A stretch of 49,135 nucleotides of DNA, taken from assembly GCA_022450705.1 (NCBI GenBank), contig JAKUPP010000004.1, positions 1 through 49,135 of the forward strand, given 5' to 3'. Below are positions 38,620 to 49,135 of this stretch, piece after piece. Made by a program: the position numbers and the translations under genes. This DNA is from Alphaproteobacteria bacterium. GTDB lineage: Bacteria > Pseudomonadota > Alphaproteobacteria > GCA-002720895. Below the pieces are notes generated by a model. That model was given only the letters and a program-made list of their open reading frames with translations. It was not told the origin of the DNA and searched no databases. Each line of letters starts with the position of its first letter. The first letter of the stretch is position 1.

Positions 38620-40717
38620 TTTTATCTCCTTCACTTCCACTTGTTTTACCGGATTTAATTTCTTCTGCTACATTCTGAGGAACTTGTGCGTAATGGTCAA
38701 ACTGCATAGTAAATTGCGCTCTTCCTTGACTCATAGAACGTAAATTATTTACATATCCAAACATATTTGCTAATGGGACCTTTGCTTTAAAAACTCTAGC
38801 GTTACCCCTATTTTCCATTGCTCCCACTTGTCCTCTTCTCGAATTTAAATCACCAATTATATCTCCCATATATTCTTCTGGTGTAACAACTTCTACATCC
38901 ATTACTGGCTCTAGCAAAACTGGGCTTGATTTTGCCATTCCTTCTCGAAATGCGCCTTTAGCTGCTAATTCAAATGTCATTACATTTGAATCAACATCGT
39001 GAAAGTCTCCATCTATAAGAGTAGCTTTGTAATCAATGACTGGATAACCTGCAAGGATTCCAGTTTCATTTGCTAATGTTAAACCTTTTTCAACACCTGG
39101 TATATATTCTTTTGGAATAGCGCCACCTTTAATAGTATCTTCAAAAACAAAACCGCTACCTGATTCACCTTTTTCAAAAACAATTTTTACTCTGGCGTAT
39201 TGACCTGCACCGCCAGATTGTTTTTTTAATGTATGGTCTACTTCTCCCGTTTGATTTATAGTTTCTCTATAAGCTACTTGTGGTGCTCCTACATTTGCTT
39301 CAACCTTAAATTCTCTTTTCATTCTATCAACAATAATATCTAAATGTAGTTCTCCCATTCCTTTAATAATAGTTTGTCCGCTTTCTTCATCCTGAGAGAC
39401 TCTAAAAGAAGGATCTTCTGCTGCCAACTTTACTAATGCTTCTCCCATTTTATCTTGATCTCCTTTTGTTTTTGGTTCAACTGCAACTTCAATAACAGGA
39501 TCTGGAAAATCCATTTTTTCTAAAACAATTGGATTATTTGGATCACAAATAGTTTCTCCGGTTGTTGCGCCTTTTAAACCTGTTATAGCAACTATATCGC
39601 CAGCATAAGCTTCACTTATATCCTCTCTATTGTTACTATGCATTAATAACATTCTTCCTAATCTTTGTGTCTTTCCTTTAACTGATAATAAAATATTATC
39701 TCCTTGATTAACTTTTCCTGAATATATACGACAAAATGTCAATGTTCCTACAAATTCATCGGTAGCAATTTTAAATGCAATAGCAGAAAATGGTTCTTCG
39801 TCGTTAGATTGTCTGGAAATTTCTTCTTCTTCATCTTTTGGATTAACACCCTTAGCTGGCAATACCTCGTTAGGTGCTGGCAAATAATCTACAACTGCGT
39901 CAAGCAAAGGTTGGACGCCTTTGTTTTTAAAAGCACTGCCGCACAATACTGGAACGAAACTAAAAGCAACAGTTCCTTTTCTTATACACTTTTTTATTTC
40001 GTCTTCTGTAGGAATTTCTCCATTAAGATATTTTTCCATAATTTCATTATCTTGCTCGACAACTAATTCTATTAATTCATTGCGTGCTTTTTCAGATTTT
40101 TCTTTAAATTCTTCAGGTATGTCTACTATTTCAAACTCTGCTCCAAGTTTTTCTTCTTTCCAGGTAATAGCTTTATTTTTAACTAAATCTATAACTCCTT
40201 TGAAATTTTCTTCTGACCCTATTGGTAATTGTGTTACTGCTGGTTTTACATTTAGTCTATCTTTAAACATTTCAACACACTTATCAAAATCCGCGCCCAT
40301 ACGGTCCATTTTGTTTATAAAACAAATTCTAGGCACTTTATATCTATCAGCTTGGCGCCAGACTGTTTCGGATTGTGGTTCTACTCCTGCAACGCCATCG
40401 AAACAACAAACTGCTCCATCTAAAACTTTCAACGATCTTTCAACTTCAATAGTAAAATCTACATGTCCAGGTGTATCGATGATGTTAATTCTATAATCGT
40501 TCCAATAACATGTTGTTGCTGCTGAAGTAATAGTTATGCCTCTTTCTTGTTCTTGTTCCATCCAGTCCATAGTTGCATTTCCGTCATGAACTTCTCCAAT
40601 TTTATGCGACTTTCCTGTGTAATATAAAATTCTTTCTGTAGTTGTTGTTTTTCCTGCATCAATATGAGCACATATTCCAATATTTCTGTATTTATTTATT
40701 TCTGTTGTTCTAGCCAT
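38612..40717 (-). CDS. fusA: Elongation factor G
   Basis: [34 protein letters not shown]; ATG at 40717. Confidence 0.98.
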   Translation of the reverse strand: MARTTEINKYRNIGICAHIDAGKTTTTERILYYTGKSHKIGEVHDGNATMDWMEQEQERGITITSAATTCYWNDYRINIIDTPGHVDFTIEVERSLKVLDGAVCCFDGVAGVEPQSETVWRQADRYKVPRICFINKMDRMGADFDKCVEMFKDRLNVKPAVTQLPIGSEENFKGVIDLVKNKAITWKEEKLGAEFEIVDIPEEFKEKSEKARNELIELVVEQDNEIMEKYLNGEIPTEDEIKKCIRKGTVAFSFVPVLCGSAFKNKGVQPLLDAVVDYLPAPNEVLPAKGVNPKDEEEEISRQSNDEEPFSAIAFKIATDEFVGTLTFCRIYSGKVNQGDNILLSVKGKTQRLGRMLLMHSNNREDISEAYAGDIVAITGLKGATTGETICDPNNPIVLEKMDFPDPVIEVAVEPKTKGDQDKMGEALVKLAAEDPSFRVSQDEESGQTIIKGMGELHLDIIVDRMKREFKVEANVGAPQVAYRETINQTGEVDHTLKKQSGGAGQYARVKIVFEKGESGSGFVFEDTIKGGAIPKEYIPGVEKGLTLANETGILAGYPVIDYKATLIDGDFHDVDSNVMTFELAAKGAFREGMAKSSPVLLEPVMDVEVVTPEEYMGDIIGDLNSRRGQVGAMENRGNARVFKAKVPLANMFGYVNNLRSMSQGRAQFTMQFDHYAQVPQNVAEEIKSGKTSGSEGDKNA

Positions 40718-40730
40718 ATAAATTAAATTT

Positions 40731-41201
40731 TTACCATCTAAAATGAGCAAAAGCTTTATTAGCATCTGCCATTTTATGGGTGTCCTCTCTTTTTTTTACA
40801 GCTCCCCCTTTGTTTTGATGAGCATCTAAAAATTCTTGATATAATTTCATTTCCATATTCTTTCCACCTCTTCTTCTAGCAGCGTCTATAATCCATCTAA
40901 TTGCTAAAGCTTGCGATCTATCAACCTTAACTTCCATTGGAACTTGGTAAGTTGCTCCTCCAACTCTTCTAGATCTAACCTCGACTCTTGGTTTTACATT
41001 GTTTAAAACATCATGAAAAAACTTAATCGCATCGATTTTTTTTTCTTTTGAAATTTTGTCTAAAATAGTATAAATAATTTTTTCTGCTCTAGTTTTTTTT
41101 CCATCAAGCATTATAACATTTACAAATTTAGAAATAATTCTGTCTTTATATCGGGCGTCAAGTTCAATATCTCTTTTATTTATTTTCTTTCTTCTTGACA
41201 T
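40731..41201 (-). CDS. rpsG: 30S ribosomal protein S7
   Basis: [26 protein letters not shown]. Confidence 0.97.
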   Translation of the reverse strand: MSRRKKINKRDIELDARYKDRIISKFVNVIMLDGKKTRAEKIIYTILDKISKEKKIDAIKFFHDVLNNVKPRVEVRSRRVGGATYQVPMEVKVDRSQALAIRWIIDAARRRGGKNMEMKLYQEFLDAHQNKGGAVKKREDTHKMADANKAFAHFRW

Positions 41202-41219
41202 AATATTGTTTTGATTAAA

Positions 41220-41591
41220 TTATTTAGGTTTCTTAGTGCCGTAAAGCGATCTTCTTTGTTTTCTATCACCAACTCCTTCTGTATCTGCATTTCCTCTTAA
41301 AATATGATATCTAACACCTGGTAAGTCCTTAACTCTACCACCTCTTATCATTACAACTGAATGTTCCTGTAAATTATGACCCTCGCCTGGGATATAACTA
41401 GTAACCTCAAAACCGTTAGTTAACTTTACTCTTGCTACTTTCCTTAATGCCGAATTAGGTTTTTTTGGCGTTGTTGTGTATACCCTTGTACACACGCCTT
41501 TTTTTTGAGGAGAACTCTTTAAAGCAGGCACTTTATTCCTAGAAATTACCTTTTTTCTCCCTTTTCTAACTAATTGGCTTATAGTTGGCAT
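41220..41591 (-). CDS. rpsL: 30S ribosomal protein S12
   Basis: [23 protein letters not shown]. Confidence 0.98.
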   Translation of the reverse strand: MPTISQLVRKGRKKVISRNKVPALKSSPQKKGVCTRVYTTTPKKPNSALRKVARVKLTNGFEVTSYIPGEGHNLQEHSVVMIRGGRVKDLPGVRYHILRGNADTEGVGDRKQRRSLYGTKKPK

Positions 41592-41631
41592 TTAATATAA
41601 ATTCCATAAATAATTAATAAATACTGTGGAG

Positions 41632-41659
41632 ATAATATGTATTTAACATATGTAATCAA
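41632..41659 (-). promoter_or_regulatory. Putative sigma70 promoter of the str/S10 operon
   Basis: Minus strand TTGATT-16 nt-TATTAT between rpoC and rpsL. Confidence 0.5.
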
Positions 41660-41687
41660 CTAAAAAAGACAAGAAAATTAATTAATT

Positions 41688-44600
41688 TTATCTTGTGCTT
41701 TTTTGCGTAGTTTTTGGTTTTTTTGCAGCTTTTTTCTCGATTAGAGCTAGAATTTCTTTATCTTTTTCTATTGCACTTTTTTTGTATCGCCTTACTTTGC
41801 TACCAGTACCAGCCGGTATCAATCTTCCAACAATTACATTTTCTTTTAAGCCCCTTAATCTATCAGTTTTATTATTAACAGCAGCATCTGTTAAAACCCT
41901 AGTAGTTTCTTGGAAAGAAGCAGCGGAAATAAAGGATTTTGTTTGCAATGCAGCTTTAGTAATACCTTGTAATAAAACTTTTCCTGTCGCTTGTTTTTTT
42001 TTATCTTTTTCTAATTTTTTGTTAGTTTCATTAAATACATCCTTAAAAACTGTTTCTCCAGGAATAAAAGTTGAATCACCGCTTTCTAAAATAGTTACTT
42101 TTTTTAACATTTGCCTTAAAATTACCTCAATATGTTTGTCATTTAATTGGACACCTTGCAATCTATAAACATCTTGTATTTCATTTATCATAAAATTTGC
42201 AAATTCAACATTTCCTAAAACTTCTAAAATATCATGAGGTGTTGGTTGGCCATCTACAATTAGATCGCCCTTATTTATTAAATCTCCTTCATTTACATTT
42301 ACGTGTTTACCCTTTGGAACAAAATATATTTTTTCTGGTTCTTTTTTATCAGTTGGTTCAACAATAATTGCTCTTTTTGCTTTATAATCCTTACCCCATT
42401 TTACAACACCGTCAGTAGCGCATAAAATACCATGATCTTTTGGTTTACGTGCCTCAAATAAATCAGCAACTCTTGGCAAGCCACCTGTGATATCTTTTGA
42501 TTTAGATGTTTCTCTAGGAATCCTAGCTATAACGGTTCCTGCTGTTATTTTTGTTCCTTTAGCTACGCTTAAAACTGCTTCTATAGGAAGAAAATATTTA
42601 GCTTCTTTATTTTTTGCAGTTTTAATTATTTTTCCTTTTTCATCTACTAATTTAATTTGAGGTTTTAAATCTTTACTTTTTGGATTTAATTTCCAATCAA
42701 TAATTGCTCTATGCGAAATACCAGTTGATGCATCAACAGTTTCTCTTGATGTAAATCCATCAAGAACATCCTCGTATTCCACTATCCCATTTTTTTCTGA
42801 AATAATTGGTATAGTATATGGATCCCATGAAGCTATTACATCTTCTGGTTTAACTTTTTTTCCATCATCTACAAATAATTTTGCTCCATATGGAATATGG
42901 TTATATGATTTTTCTTTATTTGTACTAGAATCTAAAAAAAGCACCTTACAATTTCTGCTCATTACTATTAATTGGCCTTCACTATTTTTAACAGTAGAAT
43001 TATTTTGTATTTTAATCTTTGCATTATGGTTTGAAACTATACTTGATTGAACAGTAGCTTGTGTTGCTGCCCCACCTATGTGAAAAGTTCTCATTGTTAA
43101 TTGTGTCCCAGGCTCGCCTATTGATTGGGCAGCTTGTATGCCTACGGCTTCGCCCATATTAACTATAATACCTCTAGCTAAATCTCTTCCATAACATTTT
43201 TGACATACTCCATCTATTGTTTCGCAAAATAAAGGTGATCTTACTTTCACAGTTTCAATATTAGCATCATAAATTTGTTTAATAGATTTCTCATCAAGAA
43301 CATCCCCTTTAGATAAAATCTTTTTCTTACTAGTTTTTTCAACAGAATATAAATCTTCTGCTATAGTTCTTCCAAGTATTCGTTCTCCAAGCGATGCAAT
43401 TACAGCGCCGTTTCTAATTACAGCTGAAACTTCGATGTGGAGTTTAGTATTACAATCTTCTTCTACTATCACAACGTCTTGTGAAGAATCAACAAGACGT
43501 CTCGTTAAATAACCTGAGTTTGCAGTTTTTAATGCTGTATCTGCAAGACCTTTTCTTGCGCCATGTGTTGAATTAAAATATTCAAGAACTGTAAGACCTT
43601 CTTTAAAATTTGAAGTTATTGGAGTTTCAATAATTTCGCCTGTAGGTTTGGCCATTAAACCTCTCATTCCTGCTAATTGTTTTAACTGGGCGGCAGAACC
43701 TCTTGCTCCTGAGTCAGACATCATAAATACAGAATTGATTTTATTTGTGTTTCTTGTTTTCTCGATTTCATCAGTCATTGCTGAGGCAACGGAATCTGTG
43801 CATTGAGACCAAGTATCAATTGTTTTATTGTATTTCTCTTTTTTGGTAATAATTCCATTTAAATATTGTTGATCATAGTTTTTGATATCTTTTTTAGCTT
43901 CATTTACTAACTGATCTTTTTCCTTTGGAATTATAAGATCATCTTTACCAAAAGAAATGCCAGCTCTACACGCATGTTCAAAACCTAAAACCATTATTTT
44001 ATCACAAAATTTAACGGTTTCTGTTTGTCCACAATGTCTATAAATTGCATCTATGACATTACTTACTTCTTTTTTTGTTAAAATCTTATTTATCAAACTT
44101 AATTCTATTTTTGGATGCTTAGGTAAAATTTCATAAATCATCATCCTTCCAGCAGTAGTTTCAATTATGGCACTTTCTTCTTTATTGTCTTCATTCATGA
44201 AATTGCATCTACATTTAATTTTAGAATGTAATGTTATTTTTTTTGCTAATAAAGCATGTTCTATTTCTGCAATATCAATAAATGCCATTCCAGCGCCTTT
44301 ATCTTCTTCAAACATTAAACTTAAATAATAAATTCCTAAAACCATATCCTGGGTAGGAACAATTATTGGTTTTCCACTAGATGGACTTAAAATATTGTTA
44401 GTAGACATAATTAAAACTCTTGCTTCTAGTTGCGCTTCTAATGATAGCGGAACATGGACTGCCATTTGATCGCCATCAAAATCTGCATTAAATGCTGTGC
44501 AAACTAATGGGTGCAACTGAATTGCTTTGCCTTCAATTAGCATAGGTTCAAAAGCTTGGACTCCTAATCTATGTAAAGTTGGAGCGCGATTTAATAATAC

Positions 44601-45875
44601 CGGATGTTCTTTTATAACTTCTTCCAAAATATCCCAAACTTCTGGTTTTTCTTTTTCTACTAATTTCTTAGCAGTTTTAATAGTATTAGATAATCCGTAC
44701 TGCTCTAATTTTGAATATATAAATGGTTTAAAAAGTTCTAAAGCCATTTTTTTTGGAATTCCACATTGATGTAATAATAAATGAGGGCCTGGAACAATTA
44801 CAGATCTTCCAGAATAATCAACTCTTTTACCTAATAAATTTTGTCTAAACCTTCCTTGCTTACCTTTTAACATTTCAGACAAAGATTTAAGTGGTCTTTT
44901 ATTTGATCCAAGAATTGCCCTTCCTCTTCTTCCATTATCAAAAAGCGCATCGACTGCTTCTTGAAGCATTCTTTTTTCATTTTTTATAATTATGTCTGGT
45001 GCATTTAACTCTATTAATCTTCTTAATCTGTTATTTCTATTAAGAACTCTTCTATATAAATCATTGAGGTCGGACGTAGCAAATCTACCACCATCTAATG
45101 GTACAAGAGGTCTTAAGTCAGGAGGAATAACAGGTAAAACTTCCAATATCATCCAATCGGGTTTTACTTTAGATTTAGAAAAAGCATTTAATAATTGTAG
45201 TCTTTTTAAAAGTTTTAATTTTGTAATATCTGATTTTGTTGTTTCAATATTAACTTGTACTGCCTTAATTTCTTTTTCAATTTTTAGCTCACTAAGTAAT
45301 CTTTTAATTATTTCAGCGCCTATTCCTACTTCAAACTTTCCTTCTCCATACTTTTCAATCAGTTCTTGATATTTTTCTTCAGTTATAGTTTCTCGTTGTT
45401 TAAGATCAGTTAAGCCTGGCTCTATCACTATGTATTCTTCAAAATACAAAACCTTTTCTAATGATTTTAAAGTAATATCAAGTAACGTGCCTATTCTGCT
45501 TGGAAGCGATTTAAAAAACCAAATATGTGCAACTGGTGCTGCTAGTTCTATATGGGCCATTCTTTCTCTTCTAACTTTTGAAAGTGTAACCTCTGTACCG
45601 CATTTTTCACATATGATACCTTTATATTTCATTCCTTTATATTTTCCACATATACATTCGTAATCTTTTGTTGGGCCAAAAACCTTACCACAGAACAAAC
45701 CATCTTTTTCAGGTTTAAAAGTTCGATAATTAATAGTTTCAGGTTTTCTAATTTCTCCAAAAGACCAAGAACGGATTTTGTCAGGACTTGAAATAGATAT
45801 ATTTATAGTATCAAAATCTTCTACTTCAGCCGAAGATCTTTTAGTTGTTTCAAAAATTTTTTTAGTTAATGACAT
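41688..45875 (-). CDS. rpoC: RNA polymerase beta' subunit
   Basis: NADFDGD catalytic motif, N-terminal Zn finger, [13 protein letters not shown]. Confidence 0.98.
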   Translation of the reverse strand: MSLTKKIFETTKRSSAEVEDFDTINISISSPDKIRSWSFGEIRKPETINYRTFKPEKDGLFCGKVFGPTKDYECICGKYKGMKYKGIICEKCGTEVTLSKVRRERMAHIELAAPVAHIWFFKSLPSRIGTLLDITLKSLEKVLYFEEYIVIEPGLTDLKQRETITEEKYQELIEKYGEGKFEVGIGAEIIKRLLSELKIEKEIKAVQVNIETTKSDITKLKLLKRLQLLNAFSKSKVKPDWMILEVLPVIPPDLRPLVPLDGGRFATSDLNDLYRRVLNRNNRLRRLIELNAPDIIIKNEKRMLQEAVDALFDNGRRGRAILGSNKRPLKSLSEMLKGKQGRFRQNLLGKRVDYSGRSVIVPGPHLLLHQCGIPKKMALELFKPFIYSKLEQYGLSNTIKTAKKLVEKEKPEVWDILEEVIKEHPVLLNRAPTLHRLGVQAFEPMLIEGKAIQLHPLVCTAFNADFDGDQMAVHVPLSLEAQLEARVLIMSTNNILSPSSGKPIIVPTQDMVLGIYYLSLMFEEDKGAGMAFIDIAEIEHALLAKKITLHSKIKCRCNFMNEDNKEESAIIETTAGRMMIYEILPKHPKIELSLINKILTKKEVSNVIDAIYRHCGQTETVKFCDKIMVLGFEHACRAGISFGKDDLIIPKEKDQLVNEAKKDIKNYDQQYLNGIITKKEKYNKTIDTWSQCTDSVASAMTDEIEKTRNTNKINSVFMMSDSGARGSAAQLKQLAGMRGLMAKPTGEIIETPITSNFKEGLTVLEYFNSTHGARKGLADTALKTANSGYLTRRLVDSSQDVVIVEEDCNTKLHIEVSAVIRNGAVIASLGERILGRTIAEDLYSVEKTSKKKILSKGDVLDEKSIKQIYDANIETVKVRSPLFCETIDGVCQKCYGRDLARGIIVNMGEAVGIQAAQSIGEPGTQLTMRTFHIGGAATQATVQSSIVSNHNAKIKIQNNSTVKNSEGQLIVMSRNCKVLFLDSSTNKEKSYNHIPYGAKLFVDDGKKVKPEDVIASWDPYTIPIISEKNGIVEYEDVLDGFTSRETVDASTGISHRAIIDWKLNPKSKDLKPQIKLVDEKGKIIKTAKNKEAKYFLPIEAVLSVAKGTKITAGTVIARIPRETSKSKDITGGLPRVADLFEARKPKDHGILCATDGVVKWGKDYKAKRAIIVEPTDKKEPEKIYFVPKGKHVNVNEGDLINKGDLIVDGQPTPHDILEVLGNVEFANFMINEIQDVYRLQGVQLNDKHIEVILRQMLKKVTILESGDSTFIPGETVFKDVFNETNKKLEKDKKKQATGKVLLQGITKAALQTKSFISAASFQETTRVLTDAAVNNKTDRLRGLKENVIVGRLIPAGTGSKVRRYKKSAIEKDKEILALIEKKAAKKPKTTQKSTR

Positions 45876-45881
45876 ATATTT

Positions 45882-48800
45882 TTAAACCTCTGCACTTTTT
45901 AATTGTACATCTAGAGCCAAAGATCTTAATTCTTTTACTAGAACATTAAAAGATTCTGGTATACCTGAATGAAAATCGTGTTGTCCCCTTACAATTGCTT
46001 CATATACTTTTGTCCTTCCAGCTACATCGTCAGATTTTACTGTCAACATTTCTTGCAAAGTATATGATGCTCCGTATGCTTCTAAGGCCCAAACTTCCAT
46101 TTCTCCAACCCTTTGCCCTCCAAATTGTGCTTTACCACCTAAAGGTTGTTGTGTAACAAGACTATAAGGTCCAATTGATCTTGCATGTAGCTTCTCATCT
46201 GCCAAGTGGTGTAATTTTAACATATAAATATAGCCGACAGTTATTTGTCTATCAAAATACTCTCCTCTTCTTCCATCTATAAGCTTAACTTGGCCAGAAT
46301 TATCTAAATTTGATCTTTCAAAAAAATAATTAATATCATTTTCTTTTGCTCCATCAAAAACTGGAGTTGAAATAGAAACGCCCTTTTTTATTTCAGATTT
46401 ATAATCTAGCAACTCTTTTTTATTACTAAATATTTGATCCACAATATTTTTGTCATATAAAAGTTTTAAATTTTCCTCAAGCTCTTTCTTTTGATTGTTT
46501 TTTAAATACTCATCAATTAGTTTGCAAATTTGTTTTCCTAAACCAGCGCAAGCCCAACCTAAATGAGTCTCAAGAATTTGTCCAACATTCATACGTGATG
46601 GAACGCCAAGAGGGTTTAATAAAATATCAACTGGTGTGCCATCTTCTAAATGAGGCATGTCCTCCACCGGGACAATCTTTGAAATACAACCTTTATTACC
46701 GTGGCGACCTGCCATTTTATCACCAGCTTGTAATTTTCTTTTCGTTGCTACAAAAACTTTTACCATTTTCATAACTCCAGGTGGTAATTCATCTCCTAAT
46801 TGTAGCTTCTCAACTTTTATTTGAAATCTATTCTCTAAATTTTTTAGTTCATCATCAAAACTTTTAATTAATTGCTGAATTTTCTCCTGTTTTTTTGAGT
46901 TTTTTATAGAAATTTTTCTAAGATCTTTTATTCCAATATCTTCAATATCATTCATTTCTATGTTTTGATTTTTTTTTAAATTTTTTGGTCCTTTTGATAC
47001 TTGGTTATCAATAAGATTTTTTCTCAAAATTTGTGAAAATGATTCTTCTAATATTGCTCTTTCATCATCTCTATCTTTAGCTAAACTTTCAATTTCAGAT
47101 CTCTCAATAGCTAAAGATCTTTCATCTTTTTCTATACCTCTTCTATTAAAAACTCTTACTTCAACAACAGTTCCTGCGTCCCCTGGCGGAACTCTTAAAG
47201 AAGTATCACTTACATCAGTTGATTTCTCACCAAAAATTGATCTTAACAACTTTTCTTCAGGAGAAATTGTTGTGTGTGCTTTTGGAGTAATTTTACCTAC
47301 TAAAATATCTCCTGCTTTTACTTCAGCACCTATATAAATAATCCCTGCTTCATCAAGATTTTTTAATGCTTCATCTCCTACGTTTGGAATATCTCTGGTA
47401 ATTTCTTCTTGCCCTAGCTTAGTGTCCCTAGACATAACATCATATTCTTCGATATGAACAGAGGTAAAGGTGTCATTTTTTACAACTTTTTCAGACATAA
47501 TTATTGCATCTTCGAAGTTGTAACCTTGCCATGGCATAAATGCTACTAAAATATTTTTACCTAAAGCTAGCTCACCTTTAGATGTAGCTGGCCCGTCTGC
47601 AATAATCTCGCCTGCTTTTATATAATCTCCTTTTTTTAACAATGGCACTTGGTTAATACATGTACTTTGATTGGATCTTTGAAATTTCTTCAAATTATAT
47701 ATATCTACTCCGGATTGATTTTGAGATGGGTTAGTTGCACTAACAACTATTCTTCCTGAATCGACACTATCTACTTTTCCATCTCTTTTTGCAACAATTG
47801 TAACGCCTGAATCTTTTCCTACTGACTCCTCCATTCCAGTTCCAACAAATGGTGCGTCTGGTCTTAATAGAGGAACAGCTTGTCTCATCATATTGGATCC
47901 CATTAATGCTCTATTTGCATCATCATTCTCTAAAAATGGAATTAATGCACTTGCTACAGAAACTAATTGTTTTGGAGAAACATCCATAAAATCTACAGTG
48001 GATGGATTAGCGATTAGAAATTCTCCTCCTTGTCTAGCACTTATTAATTGATCGATTATCTTTCCATTTGGATCAATTTTAGTATTGGCCTGAGCTATTG
48101 TATATTTTTGTTCCTGGTCAGCTGCTAAAAAAACAATTTCTTCAGTAACTTTTTCATTAACAACTTTTCTATAAGGACTTTCTATTAGTCCATATTTATT
48201 TACTCTAGAGTATGTTGCTAATGAATTTATTAAACCGATATTAGGTCCTTCAGGAGTTTCAACCGGACATATTCTACCATAATGAGTTGGGTGTACATCT
48301 CTTACTTCAAAACCTGCTCTTTCTCTAGTTAAACCACCTGGACCTAATGATGAAACTCTTCTTTTATGAGTAATTTCTGAGAGCGGATTTGTTTGATCCA
48401 TAAATTGTGATAATTGAGATGTTCCAAAAAATTCTCTGAGAATTGAAACTGCCGGTTTTGAATTAATTAAATCTTGAGCTGTTGCTGTAAAAATATCAAT
48501 TGATGACATTCTTTCTTTAATTGCTCTTTCCATTCTAACGAGGCCAATTCTGTATTGATTTTCTATTAATTCGCCAACAGATCTAACTCTTCTATTACCT
48601 AGATGATCAATATCATCTTTATTTCCTTTTTTATCATTTAAAAGCAAAAGATGTCTTGCAATTTGTAAAATATCATTTGAAGTAAGAACGTTTACTGTTT
48701 CTTTAATTTTTAATTCGCTTCTAATATTTAATTTATATCTTCCTACCTTCGATAAATCATATCTTTCAGGATTAAAAAAAAGATTATTAAAAAGATTCTC

Positions 48801-49133
48801 AGCTGCTTCTAAAGTAGGAGGTTCTCCTGGTCTAAGATTCTTATAAATATCTATTAACGATTCCTCTCTGTTTAAATTTAAATCAGAATGGACTGTATTT
48901 CGTAAAGCTGCTCCAACATTAACGTGATCAACATTTAAAATTTTAATATTCTTAATTTTATTCTTTTTAAAATTTTCTAAATCTTTATCGGTTATTTCAT
49001 CTCCTGCTTCAAAAAGAATTTCTCCTGTGCTTTCATTAATAATATCTTCTGCTAAATACCTTCCTATAATCGCTTGATCGTTTAAGAAAAATTCTTTTAA
49101 TCCTTCTTTTTTAAGTTTTTTTGCTTCATCAAA
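45882..49133 (-). CDS. rpoB: RNA polymerase beta subunit (5' end beyond the window)
   Basis: [30 protein letters not shown]. The frame continues upstream of the track start at 48647 ([15 protein letters not shown]), so the gene appears truncated by the window edge. Confidence 0.97.
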   Translation of the reverse strand, partial: FDEAKKLKKEGLKEFFLNDQAIIGRYLAEDIINESTGEILFEAGDEITDKDLENFKKNKIKNIKILNVDHVNVGAALRNTVHSDLNLNREESLIDIYKNLRPGEPPTLEAAENLFNNLFFNPERYDLSKVGRYKLNIRSELKIKETVNVLTSNDILQIARHLLLLNDKKGNKDDIDHLGNRRVRSVGELIENQYRIGLVRMERAIKERMSSIDIFTATAQDLINSKPAVSILREFFGTSQLSQFMDQTNPLSEITHKRRVSSLGPGGLTRERAGFEVRDVHPTHYGRICPVETPEGPNIGLINSLATYSRVNKYGLIESPYRKVVNEKVTEEIVFLAADQEQKYTIAQANTKIDPNGKIIDQLISARQGGEFLIANPSTVDFMDVSPKQLVSVASALIPFLENDDANRALMGSNMMRQAVPLLRPDAPFVGTGMEESVGKDSGVTIVAKRDGKVDSVDSGRIVVSATNPSQNQSGVDIYNLKKFQRSNQSTCINQVPLLKKGDYIKAGEIIADGPATSKGELALGKNILVAFMPWQGYNFEDAIIMSEKVVKNDTFTSVHIEEYDVMSRDTKLGQEEITRDIPNVGDEALKNLDEAGIIYIGAEVKAGDILVGKITPKAHTTISPEEKLLRSIFGEKSTDVSDTSLRVPPGDAGTVVEVRVFNRRGIEKDERSLAIERSEIESLAKDRDDERAILEESFSQILRKNLIDNQVSKGPKNLKKNQNIEMNDIEDIGIKDLRKISIKNSKKQEKIQQLIKSFDDELKNLENRFQIKVEKLQLGDELPPGVMKMVKVFVATKRKLQAGDKMAGRHGNKGCISKIVPVEDMPHLEDGTPVDILLNPLGVPSRMNVGQILETHLGWACAGLGKQICKLIDEYLKNNQKKELEENLKLLYDKNIVDQIFSNKKELLDYKSEIKKGVSISTPVFDGAKENDINYFFERSNLDNSGQVKLIDGRRGEYFDRQITVGYIYMLKLHHLADEKLHARSIGPYSLVTQQPLGGKAQFGGQRVGEMEVWALEAYGASYTLQEMLTVKSDDVAGRTKVYEAIVRGQHDFHSGIPESFNVLVKELRSLALDVQLKSAEV

Positions 49134-49135
49134 TA

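Noticed and set aside
41220-48430. Antibiotic-resistance alleles in rpsL or the rpoB rifampicin region
   Set aside because: S12 lysines (PKKPNS, RVKD) and the RpoB D516/H526/S531 equivalents are wild type

Overview
Very AT-rich, tightly packed bacterial chromosome segment, inferred to be from a streamlined (probably marine) alphaproteobacterium. The inference rests on a GcrA-family gene, an alpha-type PqqA and the adk-rpsM-rpsK-rpoA-rplQ order. Positions ~100-7900 hold an eight-gene phosphonate biosynthesis locus: a PepM-cytidylyltransferase fusion, Ppd, AEP transaminase, a PhnY*-like Fe/2OG dioxygenase without PhnZ, a second cytidylyltransferase, two paralogous CDP-alcohol phosphotransferases and a UPF0104/LPG-synthase-like membrane protein. 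It most plausibly makes a (1-hydroxy-)2-aminoethylphosphonate phosphonolipid, and a Pho-box-like site lies over the pepM promoter. Positions ~8000-24400 are mixed housekeeping and regulatory genes: alpha/beta hydrolase, POT transporter, nrdR, oxyR, family-5 UDG, msrA, glnB-glnA, gcrA, metE, mgtE, tRNA-Leu(GAG), acyP and pccAB. This part includes two small ORFs missing from the ORF track: an orphan pqqA divergent from oxyR and a 50-aa Ser/Thr/Ala/Lys-rich peptide. Positions ~24500-49135 are the core rpoB(partial)-rpoC-str-S10-spc-alpha superoperon on the minus strand, with no tuf after fusA, rpmG appended after rplQ and long terminal tails on several ribosomal proteins. The best leads are the oxyR-pqqA divergon, the phosphonolipid locus and 31-bp-phased NrdR-box-like sites over the gcrA promoter. 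No CRISPR array, rRNA or mobile element was seen. All calls come from reading motifs by eye; no searches were run.
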